DNA from: Nannocystales bacterium
GTDB taxonomy: Bacteria; Myxococcota_A; Polyangia; Nannocystales; Nannocystaceae
NCBI GenBank assembly: GCA_050633305.1
Contig: JBOEGF010000042.1
Location: forward strand, 63,408 to 127,407
Direction: 5' to 3'
Length of the DNA stretch: 64,000 bases
In this document: in pieces, positions 47,689 through 57,931 of the stretch
Layout of the letters: every line of letters starts with the position of its first letter
How positions within the stretch are numbered: position 1 is the first letter of the stretch
Translations under genes and position numbers: made by a program
Notes under the pieces: generated by a model
What the model saw: only the letters and a program-made list of their open reading frames with translations
Databases searched by the model: none
What the model was told of the DNA's origin: nothing

Positions 47689-48651
47689 GTGAACCTCGTG
47701 AAGCGGCCAGAGCGTGAACTCGTGGAGTTTCACGGAATGGTGACCGTGGCGCCCGAGATGCTCTCTCTGTTTCGCCTGCTGGAACGCGTGGGCAAGACCA
47801 ACGCTTCCGTTCTGCTCCGCGGTGAGACCGGTACGGGCAAAGAACTCGCTGCGCACGCGCTCCACAAGCTGAGTTCTCGGAGCAGCGGTCCGTTCCAGCC
47901 GATCAACTGCGCGACACTGATGCCCGAGCTTGCGGCGTCGGAGCTGTTCGGACATGTCAAAGGCGCGTTCACGGGGGCGATCTCCGAGCGTGCCGGACTG
48001 TTCGCACTGGGCGACGGCGGCACGGTGTTTCTCGACGAGGTCGCGGAGCTCTCGCTCGACATCCAGGCCCGACTCCTGCGCGTGGTGCAAGAGCGCACCT
48101 TCGTTCCGGTGGGAGGGGTGACAGCCCGCTCCACCGACATCCGTCTGCTGGCCGCGACCCACAAGTCGCTGCGCCGCGAAGTCGAACAGCGTCGTTTTCG
48201 CGAGGACCTGATGTACCGGATCCGAGTGGTCCCGGTCTTCATCCCTCCGCTCTCGGAGCGCACCGGAGACGTCGAAGCGCTGATCTGGCACTTCATCGAT
48301 CGGTTCAACGCACAGGGAGGACGGACGGTGGACGGGGTCAGCGAAGCGGCGATGCTCCTGCTTCGTGAGTACTCCTGGCCCGGCAACATTCGCGAGCTGC
48401 TCAACGTGATCGAGTATGTGTTCGCAGTCGGCGAGGGCAACGTCATCGACCCGACCGAACTCCCTCCCGAGCTTCGCGGTGAGCAGCTACAAAGCCGCCG
48501 GAGCGGCTCCGCCGAGGACGACGAACGCGCCCGAATCCGAGAGGCCCTACGAGAGTCTGGAGGCCAGCGCAGTCACGCCGCCGAGCTTCTGGGGATCAGC
48601 CGCTCGACGCTGTGGAGGCGGATGCGCGAGCTCTCTCTACTCGACGGCTGA
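47689..48651 (+). CDS. Sigma-54 enhancer-binding protein (AAA+ and Fis HTH, no N-terminal sensor)
   Basis: GETGTGKE, ELFGHVKGAFTGA, FLDE, WPGNIREL, LGISRSTLWRR. Confidence 0.93.
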   Translation: MNLVKRPERELVEFHGMVTVAPEMLSLFRLLERVGKTNASVLLRGETGTGKELAAHALHKLSSRSSGPFQPINCATLMPELAASELFGHVKGAFTGAISERAGLFALGDGGTVFLDEVAELSLDIQARLLRVVQERTFVPVGGVTARSTDIRLLAATHKSLRREVEQRRFREDLMYRIRVVPVFIPPLSERTGDVEALIWHFIDRFNAQGGRTVDGVSEAAMLLLREYSWPGNIRELLNVIEYVFAVGEGNVIDPTELPPELRGEQLQSRRSGSAEDDERARIREALRESGGQRSHAAELLGISRSTLWRRMRELSLLDG

Positions 48652-48653
48652 GC

Positions 48654-49043
48654 TCAGTCCGTTTGAAGCCAGGCCAGCGCGTCTGGCTCACTGAGGAACA
48701 CTGTCACGATCCCCGAGAACCCATCCCCGTCGACATGACGCTGGACCTGCATTCGCCCGACCGCAGAGCGCACGAGAACGGCAGTCCGCCCGAAGCGGCG
48801 AAACAGCTCGCGTCGGCGTTCGACGAGGCGGTCTTCGAAGTCGGGATCGTTTCGACCCATCGATGCGCGCAAATCGATGAGCAGTCTGAACGATGAGGCG
48901 TCGGCGCCTCCCAACGCGGCATAGAAGCCGTCGAAGCTCGCCAGGAAGTCGACCATGTCTCCGGAATGCTTCTCCAACCTGCAGGCGATGAGAACATCCC
49001 CCTGCAGGCGGACATCCCAGAAGCCCTGGAGCAGATCCGACAC
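48654..49043 (-). CDS. Hypothetical small STAS/SEC14-like protein
   Basis: LLIDLRAS.GRNDPDFE, TAVLVRSAVGRMQ, VFLSEPDALAWL; start at GTG 49043 inferred. Confidence 0.65.
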   Translation of the reverse strand: MSDLLQGFWDVRLQGDVLIACRLEKHSGDMVDFLASFDGFYAALGGADASSFRLLIDLRASMGRNDPDFEDRLVERRRELFRRFGRTAVLVRSAVGRMQVQRHVDGDGFSGIVTVFLSEPDALAWLQTD

Positions 49044-49096
49044 CCTCTGCCTTTTTACCAGGGAAGCTCCACCGACGCAGCTCCGCGCCCGGACGA

Positions 49097-52000
49097 TCAA
49101 CGTCCTGGCGGAGGCTGCCCGGTTCGGGAGGTCGGCGGCAGCATCCCCAAACGCTGCCGGGCAACCATCGCCGGCTTGGAGATCCAAACGCGCATCAGGT
49201 CCCCGACCACCGGATGGCGCGCAAACTCCTCACCGCTCGCCATGCCCAAGCCTTCCATCCGCGCAAGCGTCGCGAGGGATGGACCGAGGTCATCCGCAAC
49301 CACCAGCGCGACACGACGGGCGGTTTGTTGCATCCACTGCGTGGCGGTATTGAAGTCCAGAGGGCGACTCCGAGCGTACGTTTCCGCCGCAGCTTCGAAT
49401 CCACGTCTGCGACGCCTCGGTAGGCCCCTGAGGATCAGCCGGAGTCTGTCGTCCAACGTTTCGGGGCTCGCGTGTTGCGACGTGTACGCGGGCGCGACAC
49501 TGCGCGCCGACGCGGCAAGAACAATCTCCAACTCACGATGGCTCAGTAAGCCAATCGGGTACAGCCCGCGCGCCAGCAAGTGGAGCGCATGCGAGACCAT
49601 GAAGACCTGACCCGACCGAGGGAGCTCGCCCAACCAGTTCGGCAGGATGAGCGACGGACGGGGCGTGTTCTCGATGACCGCTGGACGGTCCACCACGTGG
49701 TGCACGTAGAGGTCGAACTCCTCGACTCCAAACGACAGCGCGAGCCGATCCACCAACGAGCGGAACGGGTGCTCCGATCGCGTGGAGATCTTGTCCCGAG
49801 CGCTCACGCCGTGGCGACTGAGATCCGGAGGGCGGACCCGGGAGAGGCCCTCCGAGACAGCCGCGATGAGCCCCGAGGCTGCGAGCTGTTGCTCTCGAGC
49901 CACGACCAGCTCGGCCAACACGTCGTCGCGCAGCACCGCGGTCCCCAGCGCGCTCGTCTTTGGATTCCAGGTCCTCAGCAGCGCTCGCTCGCCGGGCTTC
50001 GCATCATCGAGCACCGCGACAGACGCCAGCGCCATCCCCTGGTGGCGGTCCCAGCCGAGCACGCCGTAGGTCTCTGAGAGCCCGCGCCATGCCTCGGCGT
50101 GGTCGACCTCCTCCATGAGGAGGTACTGGTACTGCTCGATCGCGTCGTCGTTGCGAGACGCCTCTCGGAACAGCTTCGCAAGCGCGAACCGGAGCGTCGG
50201 CTTGGAGTCACACGCTCGCAATCCGTCCGACAACGTTTGGATCGCCGCCACATCATCTTGGAGGCGTTCACGCTGTACCGTGGCCATCTCGAGGTAGAGC
50301 GAGGGAGCCAGTTCTTTCGACGGACCGCGGCGTCGCATCGCAGAACTTAGGGCGTCGACGTACCGCTTCCAGTGCTCCGGCTCGGTCGCCATCCGCCGCA
50401 GCTCCGCATACGCGCGGCCGCGAGGGCCTTCGAGCAGGACCGCGTCGGCCAGGTGCCCAAGCGCGTCGTCGAGTTCGTCGTTCTTGTTCTTGGCTCGTGC
50501 GAGCAGGACCAATCCACGACATCGCTCGGCATCGTTTCGGGCGACTTGGACGAGTCGCGTCGCGATGGGAACGGCCTTCTCGTACGCGGCATCCGCCATC
50601 TGCAGGTTGACGACCCGCTGCAGCAGTTCGTGATCCTCGGGAGCCAGCGCCAGCGCCATCTCGTAGTGACGATGCGCCCGAGCGTTGTCGCCGAGCGACT
50701 CGTGGCTCGAGGCCAAGAGCGTGTGGGCTTGGCGTGCGACCTCGGCTCCGGGGTCGTTCTCGAGACTCGCCGTGAGCTGGTCCACCGCCTCCTCGAAACG
50801 CCTGTCCGAGTGCAACAACGCCCCGAGCTCGTAGTGCGCGGCGCCGTTGTTCGGCTGCGCCTCGACGAGCTTTCGCAAAGCGGACAACGCCGCGCCAAGG
50901 TTCGCGAGTTCACGGGCGTGAAGCCTCGAGACCTCCACCCAAAGCGTGTGTTGGCGCTCCGGTTGCTGAGCCTCAGCCGCTGCTCGCCCCAAACGCTCCG
51001 CCAACACTTCGTACTCGCCGTCACGGGAGAGCACCTCGATGAGTTGCGTCGCCGCATCGACGTGATCCGGCCATAGGACGAGCGCCTCCTCGAACGCCCG
51101 AACCCCCGCGGCGCGGTCGTCGAGCTGGTCGAGTTGGACAACACCCGCGCGGGCCCAATGGTTTGCAGCCTCCTGCGGGTCCCGTGCGATCCGGGCCTGA
51201 GCCTCGGCGCTCTCGACCAGCGCTGGCCCGTGACCGATGAGTTCGGCAACCCGCGCCAGTCCGCGCACGGCACCAAGGTTATCCGAGTCGAGCCGGAGCG
51301 CCAGACGGAAGACGTCCAACGCCTGGGGCTGACCCGAGGTCTCCATCGCTTCGGCGCGACGCGTCAGGTGAGCAGACTTGAGCTCCGAATCGGACGCCGC
51401 GTCGGCGAGCTGAGCATCGACCTCAGCCAGCACGCGGGGGTCATCGCTGCGCAGGGCCAGCCTCTCCAGACCCTCGAGCACGCCTCGATCGGCGGGCCGC
51501 AGCGAGAGGATCGCCGTGTAGCACTGGGCGAGATCGTCCAGTGACCCGGCGTCATGGAGCTCGAGCACCCGCGCCCTCTCGGTGAGCGCGCCAGCTTTCG
51601 CCCCTGGGTCCGCGAAGACTCGGACTTGGCGCGCATAGATGTCGGCAAGGTCGACCCAACGCTTCGACTGCCGGTACAGCGGTTCGAGGCCCAGCAGTGC
51701 GCCGACGTGCTCGGGGAACACCGCCAAGATCGCCTCGTAGCACCCGATCGCCCGATCCACGGCGGAAACGCGGTCAAACCACACCTCGCCCGCGCGAAGC
51801 CTCAGCGCGACAGCGCGTTCTGGATCCTCGGTTCGCGATGCGCGGGCTTCGAGTTCCTCGGCCAACGCCTGCCAACGCTGCAGCTGGGTCCGCACCCGCG
51901 CGAGGGCTTCCGCAGCTGCGTCGTCGTCGGGGCGAAGCTCGGTCGCCCGGGCAAACGCACCCTCAGCACTCGCAGCGTCGTCCAGATGCTCCTCGTAGAT

Positions 52001-54523
52001 CTCGCCTGCCCGAAACGCAGCCACCGCCTCGGACTTCGGATCACGGGCGTCGTGCTGCTCTCGCTCGACGAGGGCTACCAGCTCAGCCCACTCGCCGCGG
52101 TCGATGAAGATCTGAGACAGCGCATGGGACGACGGCGCGTGCCGTGGGTCGAGCTCCAGCGCCTGACGGAAACAGTCCGCGGCTTTGGTGGGGTGCGCCA
52201 GGAAGCGGCTGTAGACCTCTCCCATCTTGTGCAAGAGCGCGACCTTGCTCGGTGCATCGCAGATGTCCAGCTCTCGCCGATACACCTCGACCAAGTCCGC
52301 CCAGTGTCCATCGGCATGGTAGATGCGGCCTAGGCTCGCCAGGGTTTGCTTGTGTCGGGGGTCGAGTTCGAGGACCCGCTTGAACCGGGACACCGCTTCG
52401 TTGCGAACATCGAGGTGGTCCTTGAGGACCATCCCGGCGCGGTAGAGAAGCGCCACGATCTCGGTGCGGTCGGAGACCATTCGGGTCTCGAGCTCCAGCG
52501 CGTCGACCAGCTTTCTCCAGCGCCCCGACTGCTCTGCCGTGCGCTGGAGGGCGTGGACAGCCCCAAGGTGCTTCGGGTCTGCCTCGAGGATGCGTCGATA
52601 CGCAGCCTCGGCCTGCTCGGCGTCATCGAGCGGACCACGGTAGAGATCCCCGATGGCGAACAGGTACTCGATGCGACGGGCCCGATCGACGTTGTCGAGC
52701 GCCCGCTCGTACAGCTCGACGAGCTTGTGATGCTCGTCGGTCGCCGAATACAAGCGCAAAAGGGCACGGAACGATGAGGCAAGCCCAGGGTCGAGTGTCA
52801 GGGCCCGCTCGTGGTGCGCGATCGCCTCAACGCGTCGGCTCGCCCGTTCGAGAATCTCGGCCGCCCGAGCATGGGCCACCGCGCGCCGGCCCGGCTCATG
52901 GATCGCCTGCGCCTCCCGCTCATGCATCTGCACGAGGAGGTCCCACTTGTCCTTGCCGGCGTACATCGGTGCCAGCGATCGCAAAGCCGGCACATACGTC
53001 GGATCGATCTCGAGCGCGGCTTCATAGGCACCGATCGCCGCATCGTCGTCATGGAGTTCGTCCCGGCACAGCTCGCCGATTCTGTGCAGGTAGCCCAACC
53101 GCTCGCGTGGATCGAGAGTCGCTTCGGCGAGCCGGGTCAGTGTCGCGGCCAGTGCTGGGTGAGACCCCGCGCGTTCATACTGACGCGCCAGGGCGTCGAG
53201 CACGAACGGCTCGTCCGGCGCTTCACGGGCCGCTGCCTCCAGCGAAGCGATCGCCTCTTTCCGGTTTCCAAGTCGGTCCGCGTGAATCTGTCCCACGCGA
53301 TACCGCGAGGCGATGCGTAGCGGCAGGTCCTGGGCCAGCTCCCCCTCGGTTTCCAGCACCCGAATCAGCTCGCGCCAGCGGCGACGGTCGTAGTGGAGCC
53401 GCTTGAGAGACTCGACCGCCCCCGGTGCACGGTGGTCGATGTCGAGGGCCTCCTCGTAGAGCTGAGCGGCGGCGTCGAGTTCCTCGGAGTGGACCTCGAG
53501 CTGTCGCGCCCGTCGGACGACCAACGCGGCGCGATGCTTCGCGTCCGTGCCGACCGCGTTGGCCTGCTGCGAGTAGGCTTCCGCCAGGTGGGTCCAATCC
53601 TTGAGCGTCCAGTCGGTCTGCTCGATCGCTTTGAGCAGAACCGAGTCGCTCACGACAAGGTCACCCGCCGACGTGTAGACCTCTCGAGCTTCCTTCGCTC
53701 GACCCAGGTGGTTTTCCAACACCCGAGCTTTGCAGAACATGAGCGAGGCCTTCGTGCTCCGGTCCGCCGTCACACGCAGCTCGCGGTCGAAGAGCTCGAG
53801 AGCCTTCGCGTACTCCGCCCGGGCCAACATGACTCGGCGGGCTCCCGTGATCACGGGCAGGCGATCGGGCGTGGCCTCGAGCGCCTCGCCATAGTGCTGC
53901 GACGCCTGGTCCAAGTCACCCAGGACACACTCGGAGAGCCGCGCGATCTCGAAGTGGAGCCGTCCACGGCGGTCGGCCTCTTCCTCGGTTTCCAGCAGGA
54001 CCTGGTACGCAGCAACAGCCGCCCGAGCCTCGTCCGCGTAGGCATCCAGGATGGTTGGGCTCGACTCACTGATCCCACGCGTGAGCGTATGGGATTCGTC
54101 GTCGAACTCCCCACGGCTCATGTCGCGTGGGATCTTGTGCAGCGTCGTCCGGTCGTCCTCACTGACACCGACCATCATCTCCCCGGCAACCGGGGCGACG
54201 ACGTTGCCGCGAAGTTCGGCATCGGTTTGGTCACCCGAGACCACTGGCGGAGTTGGCTTGATCCGCTTGGGCTTGGGTCTTGGGATCGAGACCGGAGGAG
54301 GCGGAGGCGTCGGGATCGATACCGGCGGAGGCGGAGGCGGAACCTCGGAGCCTCGTTTGGTGTCGCCGACCTTTGGCGTCTCACCAGACTTGCGTTTGCC
54401 GCCGACCTTCGGCAGTTCTCCCGTCCTGCGTTTGGGGGTCGGGGGAGGGAGGCGGGGTGGCTTGGGCGGAACGTCGTCTGCCAAGGAAAGGCTCCAGACC
54501 CGTGCAAGGGGTTCCGGAATCAT
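49097..54523 (-). CDS. Giant TPR-repeat protein (myxobacterial AgmK-like architecture)
   Basis: Pro-rich N-terminus, dozens of TPR-like units (A...LE..P....AL..L.RL), 1808 aa. Confidence 0.88.
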   Translation of the reverse strand: MIPEPLARVWSLSLADDVPPKPPRLPPPTPKRRTGELPKVGGKRKSGETPKVGDTKRGSEVPPPPPPVSIPTPPPPPVSIPRPKPKRIKPTPPVVSGDQTDAELRGNVVAPVAGEMMVGVSEDDRTTLHKIPRDMSRGEFDDESHTLTRGISESSPTILDAYADEARAAVAAYQVLLETEEEADRRGRLHFEIARLSECVLGDLDQASQHYGEALEATPDRLPVITGARRVMLARAEYAKALELFDRELRVTADRSTKASLMFCKARVLENHLGRAKEAREVYTSAGDLVVSDSVLLKAIEQTDWTLKDWTHLAEAYSQQANAVGTDAKHRAALVVRRARQLEVHSEELDAAAQLYEEALDIDHRAPGAVESLKRLHYDRRRWRELIRVLETEGELAQDLPLRIASRYRVGQIHADRLGNRKEAIASLEAAAREAPDEPFVLDALARQYERAGSHPALAATLTRLAEATLDPRERLGYLHRIGELCRDELHDDDAAIGAYEAALEIDPTYVPALRSLAPMYAGKDKWDLLVQMHEREAQAIHEPGRRAVAHARAAEILERASRRVEAIAHHERALTLDPGLASSFRALLRLYSATDEHHKLVELYERALDNVDRARRIEYLFAIGDLYRGPLDDAEQAEAAYRRILEADPKHLGAVHALQRTAEQSGRWRKLVDALELETRMVSDRTEIVALLYRAGMVLKDHLDVRNEAVSRFKRVLELDPRHKQTLASLGRIYHADGHWADLVEVYRRELDICDAPSKVALLHKMGEVYSRFLAHPTKAADCFRQALELDPRHAPSSHALSQIFIDRGEWAELVALVEREQHDARDPKSEAVAAFRAGEIYEEHLDDAASAEGAFARATELRPDDDAAAEALARVRTQLQRWQALAEELEARASRTEDPERAVALRLRAGEVWFDRVSAVDRAIGCYEAILAVFPEHVGALLGLEPLYRQSKRWVDLADIYARQVRVFADPGAKAGALTERARVLELHDAGSLDDLAQCYTAILSLRPADRGVLEGLERLALRSDDPRVLAEVDAQLADAASDSELKSAHLTRRAEAMETSGQPQALDVFRLALRLDSDNLGAVRGLARVAELIGHGPALVESAEAQARIARDPQEAANHWARAGVVQLDQLDDRAAGVRAFEEALVLWPDHVDAATQLIEVLSRDGEYEVLAERLGRAAAEAQQPERQHTLWVEVSRLHARELANLGAALSALRKLVEAQPNNGAAHYELGALLHSDRRFEEAVDQLTASLENDPGAEVARQAHTLLASSHESLGDNARAHRHYEMALALAPEDHELLQRVVNLQMADAAYEKAVPIATRLVQVARNDAERCRGLVLLARAKNKNDELDDALGHLADAVLLEGPRGRAYAELRRMATEPEHWKRYVDALSSAMRRRGPSKELAPSLYLEMATVQRERLQDDVAAIQTLSDGLRACDSKPTLRFALAKLFREASRNDDAIEQYQYLLMEEVDHAEAWRGLSETYGVLGWDRHQGMALASVAVLDDAKPGERALLRTWNPKTSALGTAVLRDDVLAELVVAREQQLAASGLIAAVSEGLSRVRPPDLSRHGVSARDKISTRSEHPFRSLVDRLALSFGVEEFDLYVHHVVDRPAVIENTPRPSLILPNWLGELPRSGQVFMVSHALHLLARGLYPIGLLSHRELEIVLAASARSVAPAYTSQHASPETLDDRLRLILRGLPRRRRRGFEAAAETYARSRPLDFNTATQWMQQTARRVALVVADDLGPSLATLARMEGLGMASGEEFARHPVVGDLMRVWISKPAMVARQRLGMLPPTSRTGQPPPGR

Positions 54524-54703
54524 ACGGCGCCGCGGAACCCGAGCGCTAGCTGAGCGGACGCTCCTGATCCGCGCCGTTCACGACTGACGCCTCTCCTTCG
54601 GGTGTCAGTATCTCCGGTTCGGCCTCAATCGGGCGCCTTCGGACAGCTGACGGCCACTGCGGTGGGGGCTCAGGCAGACACACCGTCGACCGACGGGCCT
54701 GAC

Positions 54704-54883
54704 TCAGCCGAGTGCCAGCCAAGCCTGGATGGCGATCAAGCCCACGAAAGCGGCTCCGAACAACATCGGCATCCGGGATTCGAGCGTCTGGGCGCGGCGC
54801 ATCGCGTCGACTGGCACTCGCGCCAGGGGACCGGTGCTGACCCGTCTCGCTCGCGCAATCGCTGCAGTCTGTCCGCTGTTCAC
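54704..54883 (-). CDS. Small protein with C-terminal TM helix
   Basis: GGGAGG SD-like upstream of GTG 54883; ends MLFGAAFVGLIAIQAWLALG. Confidence 0.5.
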   Translation of the reverse strand: MNSGQTAAIARARRVSTGPLARVPVDAMRRAQTLESRMPMLFGAAFVGLIAIQAWLALG

Positions 54884-55039
54884 TAATCCAACACCCTCCC
54901 TTTCATCCTGACGGATGGAATCGAGGAACGCAAAAAAAAGAACAAACACGTCGATGACGTCGCGGAGACATCTACCCGAACAACCACCGCCTCACACCGG
55001 ACTGCGACCGCGACAGAACAGACCGTGCCGCCGTGCGGA

Positions 55040-55975
55040 TCACTGTTTTCGCAGTTGGACCAATGCTCCAACGTCGTCGCGATCCGTACGCTCCGACCAC
55101 GTGTCCCAGGATTCGTCGGCACGTTTATCGAGGACGTAGAGCAGGTCCAGGAGATCGCAAGGCCGGTAGTGCGCAGTCGTCCCGTCGTGTGTTGGCCGGA
55201 AACGGGACGGAAGCCCCATGCCGATCAGCAAGGCGAGATCGTCCGCCCAGCGAGCAATCTCCAACAACTGTTCGGGCGCAAAAACAGGGACCGCTTCGCA
55301 CACCTCGTCGAACGGAAGCGGTGCACAGGCACGTTCGAACGTCTCCGCCAACGCAACAGCACGGGCCTGAACCTCCGCAAGGCGTTCGTGGCGCAGCGCT
55401 CCGATCACGGCAACACTGTTCGCACCGAGCTCGATCGCCTTCGCCCCGGAGGCTTGATCGAGGCCGCCGATTGCAACGACGGGACGGGTCGCAAGACGAC
55501 AACCTTCGAGCAACCCGGGAAAGCCAACAACAGGATCGGCGTTCTCTTTAGAGACAGTGGGTGCGATGGGCCCCAATGCGACGTAGTCCGGCTTTTGCTG
55601 ACAGGCGACTTGGAGCTGACCGCGGTCGTGGGTCGAGAGGCCCAGGACCAGACCGGGACGCAGGCGGCCGCGCAGCTGTTGGAGATCCTCTGAGCCTGGG
55701 TCGCCCTGTCCAACATGAAGTCCGCCAGCAGGACCCGCGATCGCGGCATCGATGTCGTCGTTGATCACCAGCAGACTCCCCGCCGCTTCACACAACGGGG
55801 CCATCGAAGTCAGCATGGAGATCCTCTGCTGCGTCGTCGCAGACTTGGCGCGCAGCTGGACCACGCTTGCCCCCGCCCCGCCCTGGCCACGTCCGCCAAG
55901 CACGGCTTGCGTCAGCGCCGCGGCCGAGTGTCCGTTTGGCTCGGGGATGTCGACGATCGCGTAGAGCCCTCGCAT
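55040..55975 (-). CDS. thiE: Thiamine phosphate synthase with ~95-aa C-terminal extension
   Basis: QLRAK, INDD, HVGQGD, STH, DYVALGPI..T.SK, AIGG. Confidence 0.88.
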   Translation of the reverse strand: MRGLYAIVDIPEPNGHSAAALTQAVLGGRGQGGAGASVVQLRAKSATTQQRISMLTSMAPLCEAAGSLLVINDDIDAAIAGPAGGLHVGQGDPGSEDLQQLRGRLRPGLVLGLSTHDRGQLQVACQQKPDYVALGPIAPTVSKENADPVVGFPGLLEGCRLATRPVVAIGGLDQASGAKAIELGANSVAVIGALRHERLAEVQARAVALAETFERACAPLPFDEVCEAVPVFAPEQLLEIARWADDLALLIGMGLPSRFRPTHDGTTAHYRPCDLLDLLYVLDKRADESWDTWSERTDRDDVGALVQLRKQ

Positions 55976-56035
55976 GCGAAGGCTAATAACACCGGATCGT
56001 GAGGTCGTCGGCCTTCAACCGATCCGTGGAGTCGC

Positions 56036-57931
56036 TCAGACCTCGCCGAGCACTGCGAGTGCGCGTTGGACTTCACGATCCTGCAGCGCCGCATCATCGC
56101 GGACCCGAAGGCCGAGTTCGGCAGCACGTCTCAGCAGTGCGCTGGCCTCCAAGAGCCGGTGCATCGCAGCAGCACGGGACTGCTCGAGGTCTCGAAGGCG
56201 ATGAAGCCCGTCCAACAGAGCCTCCGGGTCCGACTCGGTGGCATTGGCAGAAGCCAGCGCTCGAACCAGCGCACCTTCGTCGAGGTCGGCGAGTGCGGCG
56301 TCGAGGTCTCGGACCCGCTTCACCTCCAGTTCGATCAGCCCAACGAGGGAGGCGATCGGTTCGGTAACCATTTCGACCTCCTGGCGCTCCACCGTGGGGA
56401 GCGTGCCCCGGTGGTCGACAAGTCGCTGCACCGTCAGCGCCAGGTGACCCAGCCGCTGCCGAAGGTCGTCGGCCAAGGGGTCCTGGCAGAGCGCTGCAAG
56501 GCGGGCCACGAGGGGGTCAGACGCAGGCAGAGCCGCGGGTCCGTCGCGAAGCTGCAGCAGCGCGGGTTTCGCATCCCGCTTCTTGACACTCATGTGCGCC
56601 GCGCCCCCGATCAATCCCAACAGGACGACCGCTGCGGGAAACAAGAACCACGGGAAGGGGGTGAAGATCGTCAGAGCGCCCACCGCTGCCGCGATCATCG
56701 AGAAGATGACCACCATCGCGCGCAGGCTCTTGCGGTCACGCTCGACGACCGCCTTCACACCGGGGACGTTGAGCTCCGCGCAAAGGCGCTCCGCATCGTC
56801 TTCATCGAGCGAGCCGAACAGCAAGCTGGGCATCGTGATCCCGCGTTCGCGCTCGGCCTTCGAGTACATGCGCGCATCCCCTTGGATGAAGTTCAACTCC
56901 GGGAGCGGCTCGCGGACCAGCGGCTCGAGCTTGGTGCGGAGCTTGTCCTGCGTTTCGACCTCTTCGGAGACCTTCCGAAGCACCACCCGGTGGCCCTTGC
57001 CCTCCGCCGGAGTGCGACGTGCGAACACCACCGCGAGCTTTCCGCAGCTCAGACACAGCCTCTGCCCCTGGAGGAGCGTGGCACCGCAGCTCTGACACGC
57101 GACCCGCTCGGCTTCCCGCCCAGCGTCGGCCTCGCCTCTGAGAACCGCCGCGACGGAGGCGGCGGACTCCGGACGACGCTCAGGGTCATGGTCGACACAC
57201 TGCTCCAGCACAGCGACCATGGCGCTCGGGATCTCGGGCCGTAGCGCGGCAAGGGATGGCCGGGACGACGGGTCGGACAAGATGGCAATGTCGTCCCCGT
57301 ACGGCCGGGTCCCCGTGAGTGCCGTCCAGAGGATCACGCCGAGGCCGTAGAGGTCTGAGCGCTGATCGACCACCGTCTTGCGCAGCTGCTCCGGGGACGC
57401 GTACGGCGTGCCTTCGAGGACGAGGCTGGCCGCAGTACGGGTGCTGAGCAGGTCGACACGGGCAAGCCCGACGTCGGTGAGCACGGGGCCGCTCTCGGTC
57501 ATGACGACCACGCGCGGATGAAGGTCTCGGACGACGACGCCCTTTTGGTGCAGGGCGTGCAGCGTGTCGGCCAGCGCCGCCCCCAACTCCGCGACTGCAT
57601 CGATCGGCGCGGGAGAACGCGCCTCGAGCCATGCCTCGAGCAGCTCCCCTTGTGGTGCCGCTCGGAGTCTCCAGGGCTCGGCATCCCGCTCTGGGCTCCG
57701 GTCGAGCATGGCAGCGACGCCCTCGACTTGAACCGATGACGAGCGTGTCAGGTCACCGACGTAGCGTTGTCGTACGGCTTCATCGCGGCGCAACTCTGGC
57801 AGCAGCTGAGCCAACAGGCCGCGATGGCCGTCCTTGAGAAGGACCGACCACCGTTGCTCCGACCCAACACGCCAGGGACCGCCATCGATCGAGGCGATCT
57901 GCTTCGAGGGCGGCCACGTTCGTTCAGACAT
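56036..57931 (-). CDS. Pseudokinase-Zn ribbon-2TM-helical protein
   Basis: Degenerate kinase motifs (VRDLHPRV, DVG, GTPYASPE); CQSC...CLSC; two TM segments. Confidence 0.85.
   Translation of the reverse strand: MSERTWPPSKQIASIDGGPWRVGSEQRWSVLLKDGHRGLLAQLLPELRRDEAVRQRYVGDLTRSSSVQVEGVAAMLDRSPERDAEPWRLRAAPQGELLEAWLEARSPAPIDAVAELGAALADTLHALHQKGVVVRDLHPRVVVMTESGPVLTDVGLARVDLLSTRTAASLVLEGTPYASPEQLRKTVVDQRSDLYGLGVILWTALTGTRPYGDDIAILSDPSSRPSLAALRPEIPSAMVAVLEQCVDHDPERRPESAASVAAVLRGEADAGREAERVACQSCGATLLQGQRLCLSCGKLAVVFARRTPAEGKGHRVVLRKVSEEVETQDKLRTKLEPLVREPLPELNFIQGDARMYSKAERERGITMPSLLFGSLDEDDAERLCAELNVPGVKAVVERDRKSLRAMVVIFSMIAAAVGALTIFTPFPWFLFPAAVVLLGLIGGAAHMSVKKRDAKPALLQLRDGPAALPASDPLVARLAALCQDPLADDLRQRLGHLALTVQRLVDHRGTLPTVERQEVEMVTEPIASLVGLIELEVKRVRDLDAALADLDEGALVRALASANATESDPEALLDGLHRLRDLEQSRAAAMHRLLEASALLRRAAELGLRVRDDAALQDREVQRALAVLGEV

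Noticed and set aside
49097..54523. Gene symbol agmK
   Set aside because: Similar architecture only; orthology cannot be established by eye.
55976..56035. TPP riboswitch upstream of thiE
   Set aside because: The gap is only 60 bp and shows no CTGAGA or other conserved TPP core.
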